From the IMG/VR virus record IMGVR_UViG_3300035498_000616: a stretch of 55,219 bases of DNA, one strand, 5' to 3'. The notes under the pieces are model-generated. The model saw nothing but the letters and a program-made list of their open reading frames with translations. It did not search any database and was not told where the DNA came from. Positions within the stretch are counted from its first letter, which is position 1. Each line of letters opens with the position of its first letter. This DNA is from an uncultured virus (IMG/VR IMGVR_UViG_3300035498_000616) (taxonomy: Duplodnaviria; Heunggongvirae; Uroviricota; Caudoviricetes). Below are positions 47,003 through 53,906 of the stretch, piece after piece. Both the position numbers and the translations under genes were made by a program.

Positions 47003-47037
47003 AGAGACCTCTGTGCTAACCATTACACCATATCCCA
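47003..47037 (-). tRNA. 5' exon of an intron-split amber suppressor tRNA (CUA, Gln-type)
   Basis: TGGGATA-TG-GTG-TAATGGTTAG-CAC-A-GAGGT-CTCT; joining to the 3' exon gives a 73-nt cloverleaf with loop CT-CTA-AA. Confidence 0.9.
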
Positions 47038-47094
47038 TTATTTTAATCTTTTGTAGACTTCAATTTCCTGTCTTAACTGATAACAATCTTTCTC

Positions 47095-47331
47095 TTAAAT
47101 TTGCAAGTAAGACAGATATTTGTGCAAGTTGTTCAAACATTCAATTGACTTTTCAAAAACAAATCTCTTAAACGAATCTTTAATTAAAAGCATACCTAAA
47201 TATGCGTTATCTTCCAATAATTGTGATAATTTGTGAATATCAACTGTTTCGCAAAATTCAACAAACGTATCATCGTCTATTCCTTCTAACCATGCGGTTA
47301 ATTCCTATTTTGTAATATAATTCTGTTTCAT
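47095..47331 (-). CDS. Hypothetical protein, 78 aa (TAG=Gln)
   Basis: MKQNYITK(TAG)ELTAWLEGIDDDTFVEFCETVDIHKLSQLLEDNAYLGMLL...TAA. Confidence 0.5.
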
Positions 47332-47412
47332 ATACTCAACTATACTTAGTAGTACGGAAATTCCAAAATTAAAAAATGTTAACGAATATTAAAAAGGTAG
47401 TTAATATAGAAA

Positions 47413-47490
47413 ATCCCCCCACTATAGTATTATTTGGGTTACTAATGAAGGTACAGTTAATAATAAAAATTTATGTATTAGTGGGGGGAT
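47413..47490. repeat. 12-bp perfect inverted repeat at the strand-switch point
   Basis: ATCCCCCCACTA (47413-47424) / TAGTGGGGGGAT (47479-47490). Confidence 0.75.
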
Positions 47491-47566
47491 GGTAGACAAC
47501 CCTTATAGTCCCTCCCCCATACTTGAATAAAAAATAAACAATTTACTAATTTAAATTTTCAAAATT

Positions 47567-48136
47567 ATGAGTAAAGAAAGGGATGATTTAATTGCTAAAA
47601 TCAACGAAAGTAGAGCAAAGGCAGGTTTGGAACTTATTGACGCTAACAAACAATATGTTAGTGGTAATAATGGTTTTTATGTAGGTCAATCTTTTACCTT
47701 AACGGGTAAAATTGAACCTGCTCGCGAAATGATAGATAGAAATACAGGTGCAACTACCGGTACTTTTATCGCAGCGGAAACCACCAATGGTGAATGGATA
47801 TCTGTTAAAAATCTTATGGGAATTACTTCTTTTAAAGGTTATACTTTAAAAGGTGAAGCAACTGACGCCAAAGGTAATAACTATGTTGCAAATTTGTTAA
47901 TCGGTGAAAACGACAACCCAGATACGTCTATTAATTTCATTAAATGCGCGGCTAGCCGAGATATTTACGAAGTAACACTTGACTGGATGAACAATAATAC
48001 ACTTAAAAACAAAGTTGTGACCTACAAAGGTGACGTTTTTAAAGTTGTTAAATCTAAAAAAGTGTCTACGGATTTTAATGGTGTGTGGAACATCGGCGAC
48101 CTCCGAGTAATTTCACAAAAGATTTTCGCACTTTAA
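47567..48136 (+). CDS. Hypothetical protein, 189 aa (first gene of the plus-strand arm)
   Basis: Intact ORF, A-rich leader, followed by a strong hairpin. Confidence 0.8.
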   Translation: MSKERDDLIAKINESRAKAGLELIDANKQYVSGNNGFYVGQSFTLTGKIEPAREMIDRNTGATTGTFIAAETTNGEWISVKNLMGITSFKGYTLKGEATDAKGNNYVANLLIGENDNPDTSINFIKCAASRDIYEVTLDWMNNNTLKNKVVTYKGDVFKVVKSKKVSTDFNGVWNIGDLRVISQKIFAL

Positions 48137-48146
48137 TTTATTTTTA

Positions 48147-48176
48147 AATTCGGGAGAGAGATTTCTCTCCCGAATT
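48147..48176 (+). terminator. Terminator-like hairpin
   Basis: 13-bp stem AATTCGGGAGAGA/TCTCTCCCGAATT. Confidence 0.7.
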
Positions 48177-48205
48177 ATTATTATTATTATGGATTTGTAG
48201 AGCGG

Positions 48206-48412
48206 ATGCAAGAAGTAACCACTGTACACGGGCACATTTCGTCATACGACAAATCAATCATTATTTCTGAAACAGGGAAAATTTACAAAACATTTACGTT
48301 TTTTCCTGATAAGAATGATGAAGTTTTTGCCCTTTTAAAACACAATAAAGAATCGGAATATTATCAGGTTATACGAGCAATTCGTGTAATTGATGGAAAA
48401 TTCTATTTTTGA
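48206..48412 (+). CDS. Hypothetical protein, 68 aa
   Basis: Track ORF on the expected strand. Confidence 0.5.
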   Translation: MQEVTTVHGHISSYDKSIIISETGKIYKTFTFFPDKNDEVFALLKHNKESEYYQVIRAIRVIDGKFYF

Positions 48413-48473
48413 TTTGTATAAAAGTGCAAGTCGCCAAATCTTTTATTTTGTATGTTTAACAATTTAATTTGTT

Positions 48474-49022
48474 TTGGTCGAGAGATGTCGGAGAGAGTGA
48501 AATAATGGCGGAATCCCGCCACCAAACTTTTTCCCTCAATCTCAATTTCAACAATTTCGACCGAAATCGCAGACACTATAACTGACACTTCCATTAATCT
48601 TAAAGTATATCGGAAGTTCAGTAAAAGTGTATTAAGTCCTCATGGCTACGCAGAAGAGCCAACCGAAAATAACTGCTACGAATGAAAGGAGAGAATCGCA
48701 AACTCGCTCTCTGAGTAAGGAGGTATTCCTATCTAGTCTGATCAACTTATAGGAATGAGGCGTAAAAATTCCCTGGTGCGCGGAAAGATCAAGCACACTA
48801 CTTATAAAAAAATTTAAATTTATTTCAAGTTAGAGTTGCCATGCACTGCGGGTGATTTACCGCACAGTGTTTACAGATAGTTCTCATAAGGAACGTTTTC
48901 CATATCTGTATTCATCGAGAATTTCGGAATTAGCTACTCCGAGAATCTTGAACGTTAGTAACGTTCGATTGCTGGAAACAATCGAGAATAACTCCGCTGT
49001 TATACTAGTTATGTAACAGCGG
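48474..49022 (+). ncRNA. Putative large structured non-coding RNA region
   Basis: No plausible plus-strand ORF; many adjacent hairpins (e.g. TACAGATA/TATCTGTA, GAACGTT/AACGTTC, CGATTG/CAATCG, CCGCTGTTATA/TGTAACAGCGG); strand inferred from the adjacent hammerhead. Confidence 0.5.
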
Positions 49023-49079
49023 TTCTGTCCTGCCCACCAAAGCAGCTGATGAGTCGTTGAAAATTACGACGAAACAGAA
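49023..49079 (+). ncRNA. Type III hammerhead ribozyme
   Basis: Stem III TTCTGT/ACAGAA, GUC cleavage triplet (after 49029), stem I CTGC/GCAG, core CTGATGA, stem II GTCGT/ACGAC, GAAA. Confidence 0.92.
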
Positions 49080-49113
49080 AACAAGTAATCAACAACAAAA
49101 AACAAAAAATATT

Positions 49114-49542
49114 ATGGATAATTTCTATGATATGGACGACGTGACAAAAATTGCGTTGTCATTGGAGGAGATTAATTACTTTTCCACCAAAGAAGACGGC
49201 GAACATAGCCGTCAGGAATATTTAGACGGGATTAAATATCTCGTTTATCAAAGAATGATTCACTGTTCTTCAGAATTATCAAAGCATCTCAAAGATGCTA
49301 AGATGATTCATTTTGGACAAACAATCGTTTGGGATGGAGGACATTTTAGCCTTCCAGTATATCAATATATGTGTGATTTTGTACAGAATTATACCTGTAC
49401 AGATGAATCATATAGAAAGTATATTAATCCCATGGTGCTCCAACAAGCGTTGAGAGCGCTGGAATATGAAGAGATGGAAAACAAGCACTACCTCTTCATG
49501 TGTCTCACTGAAGAGTTGCTTGTTGTCGGAAGGGGTTGTTAA
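49114..49542 (+). CDS. Hypothetical protein, 142 aa
   Basis: ATG 49114 after an A-rich leader (the track's TTG start lies inside the ribozyme). Confidence 0.7.
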   Translation: MDNFYDMDDVTKIALSLEEINYFSTKEDGEHSRQEYLDGIKYLVYQRMIHCSSELSKHLKDAKMIHFGQTIVWDGGHFSLPVYQYMCDFVQNYTCTDESYRKYINPMVLQQALRALEYEEMENKHYLFMCLTEELLVVGRGC

Positions 49543-49774
49543 AATCCCTTCCTTTAAAACAAAAAAGAGTATGTGGACAAAGAAAGAAAATTTGATTTCG
49601 AAAATAAATAATCGTTACGAGAATTTATCTAAGTTGAGAGTAACTCTTTCGAAATCTCCTAAGTATATCTTGGGAAAAGAAGATTTTGAAAGATTGCATA
49701 AATCCTAATAAAAAGGTTGGCAGCTCGGAATAGACGAGCATTTTTAGTATTAACCAATTAAAAACAAATAAACA

Positions 49775-50062
49775 ATGAAGACATTATTAATTATTGTTGG
49801 TCAGGAATTTTCTGATCAACAACTGCAAGACTGCCGAAATTATTTCGGTGTACGAAATATTTCTAACGAAAGTTACAGTGGCTGTTCAATTGAATTACCA
49901 CTGTTCAGAGAAGATATTGATTTTCTTAACGCAAAAATCGGAGAAGGAAATTATCTTCTTCTCAAATTTTCTGCTTCGGCAGAAGAAACATTTAACCACA
50001 TGAAGGATAATTTCCTCTATTTAGAGGATATTAAGCCCATTGAGGTTAACGATCGTGATTGA
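49775..50062 (+). CDS. Hypothetical protein, 95 aa (weak Csx20/Csx15-like resemblance)
   Basis: A-rich leader AAACAAATAAACA-ATG; intact ORF. Confidence 0.65.
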   Translation: MKTLLIIVGQEFSDQQLQDCRNYFGVRNISNESYSGCSIELPLFREDIDFLNAKIGEGNYLLLKFSASAEETFNHMKDNFLYLEDIKPIEVNDRD

Positions 50063-50144
50063 AATTAGTGAAATAAAAAATCTTAAAAATTCCTATTGTA
50101 CTGTACGGTTCGTGAGAATAGTACAGTTTTTAATCATTAAAACA

Positions 50145-50474
50145 ATGAAAACATATATATTAAAAAAGACAGATAAGGTCACTTGTGGAGAAAAATTGGC
50201 GGAATTTAAAATTCCGTCAGATATAATCATAAATGATCAAATTGCAGTATGTTTAATTGGTGCTGTGGAATCCGATTGTTCTTCGAAAAAAGTTCACAAA
50301 GACCAAATTTTCAATTTGGATTTTGGTACATTTTATATGATTGTAAAAAATCTTGGAGAACATAAACGAAAACTGTTAGGCTACGTTACTTGTAATTATA
50401 AAACAGATAATTACGTTTATTCTCTATACGGAATAAACAATTATTATAAATTTTATGAAGAGAAGGAGGATTAA
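50145..50474 (+). CDS. Hypothetical protein, 109 aa
   Basis: Likely start MKTYILKK after TTAAAACA within track ORF 50040..50474. Confidence 0.6.
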   Translation: MKTYILKKTDKVTCGEKLAEFKIPSDIIINDQIAVCLIGAVESDCSSKKVHKDQIFNLDFGTFYMIVKNLGEHKRKLLGYVTCNYKTDNYVYSLYGINNYYKFYEEKED

Positions 50475-50727
50475 TCTAGCAGCAATTGCTTCTTCTGATA
50501 ATTACGTCAGAAGTAAGCAACTTCATGTGGAATATTTGCGAGCATTCCATGAAGAACATAAGGACGACGAGGTTCTTGTGCGTGCGAAATCAATTCGAAA
50601 ACCTTTCATTAAAGTTTTCGGAGTCTACAAAGAAATTACCATCGCAGAAGCTGCAGAGCATTCTTCGATTGTGATTTATAAAACATCCGTTGAATTGAGC
50701 GGATGTACAGTTAAATATCTTAAATAA
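50455..50727 (+). CDS. Hypothetical protein, 90 aa
   Basis: Track ORF, in operon. Confidence 0.6.
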   Translation: MKRRRINLAAIASSDNYVRSKQLHVEYLRAFHEEHKDDEVLVRAKSIRKPFIKVFGVYKEITIAEAAEHSSIVIYKTSVELSGCTVKYLK

Positions 50728-50738
50728 ACCAACAAACA

Positions 50739-51065
50739 ATGAAGAAAGAAATTGTAAATTTCACTCCCCATATGATTACATTAGTGAGTGAAAACGGAGA
50801 GACGCTCCGTAAAATTGCGTCTAATGGAGCAGCAAGAGTATCATCTGTTGAAACAATTGTTTCTACAGAGCAAGGTTTTCCTGAAACTATCACCGAGTTC
50901 GGTGAAGTAGAAGGATTGCCTGAATATCGGGATGATACCATTGTAATTGTTTCTAGACTCGTAATGAGTCGCTGTCCCGATCGAGACGATTTACGCTGTC
51001 CTGGAATTCAGGTGCGTAATAGCGAAGGACAGGTAATTGGTTGCAAGTCATTAGCTCGCAATTAA
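50739..51065 (+). CDS. Conserved phage protein with an N-x-T-P-H motif (candidate ring nuclease), 108 aa
   Basis: VNFTPHMITL...GAARV...VEGLPE...IVIVSRLV...RDDLRCP...VRNSEGQVIGCKSL. Confidence 0.6.
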   Translation: MKKEIVNFTPHMITLVSENGETLRKIASNGAARVSSVETIVSTEQGFPETITEFGEVEGLPEYRDDTIVIVSRLVMSRCPDRDDLRCPGIQVRNSEGQVIGCKSLARN

Positions 51066-51131
51066 TTACTAAACAGAGGAAGCCGAAAATCTGTATAAAA
51101 GAGTAGGTAAAATTTTTAAAACCAACAAACA

Positions 51132-51521
51132 ATGTTTAAATTCACATACAATAATGGTGAACTCATCAAATTAGATGAGTTAGACCAACAAGCATGTCTC
51201 TTTTGGGATGTGCCTTACGATAAGAAAAAATACGCTGCACCTACTATATATGGCGAAAACTGGTTTGATGTGTTCGGTACAACTATAGAGCATTTTGGTT
51301 TAAATGCTCGAAAAGGTGTATTTAACTATCGTTCCAAATCAAATAATGATTGGTATGAATTAGAATTTCCTATGTCGTTCATCGGTGCTAATATTGCATT
51401 CTTTGTAAATGAATCAAAAAATGCAGAGAGTTACTGGAACGAAATGGAGATGTGGAAGCCTTATATTGACTTCGCATTCCATTTAAATAAATTTGGAATC
51501 AAGGCTTATTATATTAAATAG
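51132..51521 (+). CDS. Hypothetical protein, 129 aa (ends in TAG)
   Basis: Leader AAACCAACAAACA-ATG identical to that of 50739; stop is TAG with an in-frame TAA five codons later. Confidence 0.7.
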   Translation: MFKFTYNNGELIKLDELDQQACLFWDVPYDKKKYAAPTIYGENWFDVFGTTIEHFGLNARKGVFNYRSKSNNDWYELEFPMSFIGANIAFFVNESKNAESYWNEMEMWKPYIDFAFHLNKFGIKAYYIK

Positions 51522-51528
51522 AATTATT

Positions 51529-51681
51529 ATGGATAAATATTATATTATAAAAACATATTATATGGGATTTACTCCCACTATTGAAATGAGTTTTCCTGAT
51601 TACGAGAGAGCCAATGAATTTTGTGCTCTTTTAAATAGTAAAGAAGAGACACCAAGATTTTTTGTTGTAGCTCTTGTATGA
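51529..51681 (+). CDS. Small hypothetical protein, 50 aa
   Basis: MDKYYIIKTYYMGFTP...; ATGA overlap with the next gene. Confidence 0.5.
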   Translation: MDKYYIIKTYYMGFTPTIEMSFPDYERANEFCALLNSKEETPRFFVVALV

Positions 51682-52016
51682 AATTAAGTAAAACTATAGA
51701 AGTCCAACTCTCAGATGGGTTGGACTTCAAAGTGAGTAAATATTCCGAATTGAGAAAGATGTTAAAAGATGCGCTAAAGACTAACGATATTTCGTTAGAT
51801 ACTTTACTGTATTTAAAGTTCGGAACTAATTTGCAAGCTTTGCATTCAGTCAGTGAGTTAATTAAAGCAAAGTTTATTTTGGTAACTGTTGACAATGGAG
51901 TCTTTTTATTTCGAGATTCCTATATTGATAACGGTTTTGTTGTTTTCAGAAATGAAACGACAAGTCATTTAGACTTTGATAATTTGAGTGATATTATTTT
52001 AATACAAACATTATGA
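51678..52016 (+). CDS. Hypothetical protein, 112 aa
   Basis: Track ORF with ATGA overlaps. Confidence 0.6.
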   Translation: MKLSKTIEVQLSDGLDFKVSKYSELRKMLKDALKTNDISLDTLLYLKFGTNLQALHSVSELIKAKFILVTVDNGVFLFRDSYIDNGFVVFRNETTSHLDFDNLSDIILIQTL

Positions 52017-52186
52017 AAGCATTTTTTATTATACTTATAATCTGCCAATTGTTGTGGCAGTTTAATCTTGACACGATTTATGCGTATACCGGAGCCGCAG
52101 GATTAATGATTTCTGCGCTGTTGTTATTTCTTGGTTACTGTCGTTTTTTCTACTATATATCATATGAGATTAATAACGACTACTAA
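52013..52186 (+). CDS. Small two-TM membrane protein, 57 aa
   Basis: MKAFFIILIICQLLWQFNLDTIYAYTGAAGLMISALLLFLGYCRFF...; ATGA overlap with the upstream gene. Confidence 0.5.
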   Translation: MKAFFIILIICQLLWQFNLDTIYAYTGAAGLMISALLLFLGYCRFFYYISYEINNDY

Positions 52187-52400
52187 AGGATTTAAAGTTG
52201 TGGTTCTTTCTGGAAAGGAAGTTCCACAACGTAATGAAAAAGAACTTATTTTCGTTCCTTATTTGGGGAATATGTGTATGTGTCGAGAACGCTTTGACGA
52301 GTGGTACTCAAAAGCACGATACAATCCTAAAAGGAAAAAGTTCGAAATGAAACATCTGAATCAATTTAGAGAATTTTTAATTCGGAAAATTCTCGATTGA
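52164..52400 (+). CDS. Hypothetical protein, 78 aa
   Basis: Likely start MRLITTTKG within track ORF 52131..52400. Confidence 0.55.
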   Translation: MRLITTTKGFKVVVLSGKEVPQRNEKELIFVPYLGNMCMCRERFDEWYSKARYNPKRKKFEMKHLNQFREFLIRKILD

Positions 52401-52523
52401 TTATACTCTGCGCTCCATATTAGATTATTTAATTATTAACTAATTAATTTATTTAATTATGGTAACGACAACAATTGCGTTTGCAACCGTTGCTTTGGCA
52501 TGGTTGTCAAGCAAGTGATTCCG

Positions 52524-52550
52524 TCCCTCAACTTCGGTTGAGGGATTTTT
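52524..52550 (+). terminator. Intrinsic terminator
   Basis: TCCCTCAAC-TTCG-GTTGAGGGA followed by TTTTT. Confidence 0.85.
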
Positions 52551-52574
52551 ACTAACAAATTAATCAATAAATGT

Positions 52575-52802
52575 ATGAAATTGAAGAAAAAAATCAACGG
52601 TCAGTATTATAATTTGTATACTGACAAAAACGGTAGTATTTGTGACATTACCGTTTCTGAAGTTCTTTCCTGGAAAGAGGTAAAAGGAAAGAAAATTCCT
52701 GAAGAAATCAAAGAAGAGAGAGATAACGAAAAATATTATAGAGTAGTCGGCAGACCTTTGAAGATTGCTCTTAACTATTTATACGCAGCAAATGAAGACT
52801 AA
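52575..52802 (+). CDS. Hypothetical protein, 75 aa
   Basis: Track ORF with A-rich leader. Confidence 0.6.
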   Translation: MKLKKKINGQYYNLYTDKNGSICDITVSEVLSWKEVKGKKIPEEIKEERDNEKYYRVVGRPLKIALNYLYAANED

Positions 52803-53184
52803 TGTTTTTATATATGATGTGAAGTATGAAATCCATGATAATCAAACGATTATCACTGGTTGTTATGATTTACGACATCCAAAGTTAATTGAAGACGCAA
52901 CAGTATACGCGTTAAACAAATTAGAGAAAATTGGTTTAATTGACAAAAACGATCAAATTGGTTCAATTGCTTTCCGATGTGTGGTAAAATGTAAACCAGT
53001 TGATACATTCACGCAACGTATCGGTAAGCGTTTAGCCTACAACAAAGCTGTTTATCACGGTCATAGAATCGCGAAAGAATTCTACGCTTATTATATGGAT
53101 TTTATCTGTCAAAATGCAATGTTAATGGATGAATTCTATAACAATTGTAAAGATTCTATTCGAAGATATTTAAGAAATAAATAA
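52792..53184 (+). CDS. Hypothetical protein, 130 aa
   Basis: Likely start MKTNVFIY; contains VKCKPVDTFTQRIGKRLAYNKA. Confidence 0.6.
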   Translation: MKTNVFIYDVKYEIHDNQTIITGCYDLRHPKLIEDATVYALNKLEKIGLIDKNDQIGSIAFRCVVKCKPVDTFTQRIGKRLAYNKAVYHGHRIAKEFYAYYMDFICQNAMLMDEFYNNCKDSIRRYLRNK

Positions 53185-53342
53185 CTATAAACAATGGTTA
53201 TTTCCCCATAATGGTAGACATACCGTCTTGTGTACGTATGAGCCAGATGAATCGCGAATATAATTCTGGAACGCGTTTGAGACGAGAATATAATGTAACG
53301 CGCGCAATATGAAATCTCGTCCGTGACATAGTATTGGGGGTA

Positions 53343-53414
53343 GACTCTGTAGTTTCAATGGAAGAACGTAGGACTGATAAGCCTAAAATTAGGGTTCGAA
53401 TCCCTACAGAGTCA
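53343..53414 (+). tRNA. tRNA-Ile (GAT)
   Basis: GACTCTG/CAGAGTC acceptor stem, D arm, TAGG/CCTA anticodon stem with loop CT-GAT-AA (one A.G mismatch at the stem end), TAGGG-TTCGAAT-CCCTA T arm. Confidence 0.8.
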
Positions 53415-53443
53415 CTTGTTTTGTTTGTTGGTTAATTTGGTTA

Positions 53444-53503
53444 AGGATTGTGGTGTAAATGGAAGCACGCTCGTAAATCTAGGTTCGAATCCTAGCAATC
53501 CTA
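53444..53503 (+). ncRNA. tRNA-like RNA lacking the anticodon arm
   Basis: AGGATTG/CAATCCT acceptor stem, GTGT-AAATGGAA-GCAC D arm, CTAGG-TTCGAAT-CCTAG T arm; only 10 nt (GCTCGTAAAT) between the D and T arms. Confidence 0.75.
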
Positions 53504-53540
53504 CAAAAGTATGTATATCATACTTGTATTGTTGAGTTAT

Positions 53541-53575
53541 AGGCGGTTACATAGAAATGTGTAATCGCCTTTTTT
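53541..53575 (+). terminator. Intrinsic terminator after the tRNA pair
   Basis: AGGCGGTTACAT...GTGTAATCGCCT stem followed by TTTTT. Confidence 0.8.
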
Positions 53576-53601
53576 ATTTTGTTAACTAATTAATCAAAAA
53601 C

Positions 53602-53901
53602 ATGTTTTATTTTATTATTTTATTTATTGCTGTCACATTAGTTTTAACGTTCGTATTAACTTTAAAGTGTATTCAAATTGATAGTTTTAAAGAAAAACTC
53701 GATTGTTATACAAAGTATTATGAAGCAACTAAGTCTATTCCAATTAATTATTTAATTATTAGGAATGGCGTAGAAGTTATATTATTTGCTTTGTATGAAG
53801 GAGGATATACTGTTAAAATTAAAGTGTTCAATGGCGACGATGATGTTGAATACTTGTGGCGAGAAGCAAATGAATTAAGAAATTACTTATTAAAAAATTA
53901 A
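53602..53901 (+). CDS. Membrane-anchored hypothetical protein, 99 aa
   Basis: N-terminal hydrophobic helix. Confidence 0.6.
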   Translation: MFYFIILFIAVTLVLTFVLTLKCIQIDSFKEKLDCYTKYYEATKSIPINYLIIRNGVEVILFALYEGGYTVKIKVFNGDDDVEYLWREANELRNYLLKN

Positions 53902-53906
53902 CTAAC

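Noticed and set aside
45996..47037. Reading the split tRNA as ordinary tRNA-Gln(CUG)
   Set aside because: It requires keeping the G at 46034 in the exon, which gives an 8-nt loop and removes the intron's obligatory terminal G; the CUA reading gives a canonical 7-nt loop and 5-bp stem.
1..47331. Fragmented ORFs read as pseudogenes or frameshifts
   Set aside because: Fragments stay in frame and break only at TAG; essential genes (terL, portal) are restored by TAG=Gln.
48730..48800. Second hammerhead at CTGATCA
   Set aside because: The core is CUGAUCA rather than CUGANGA, and I could not build the three stems.
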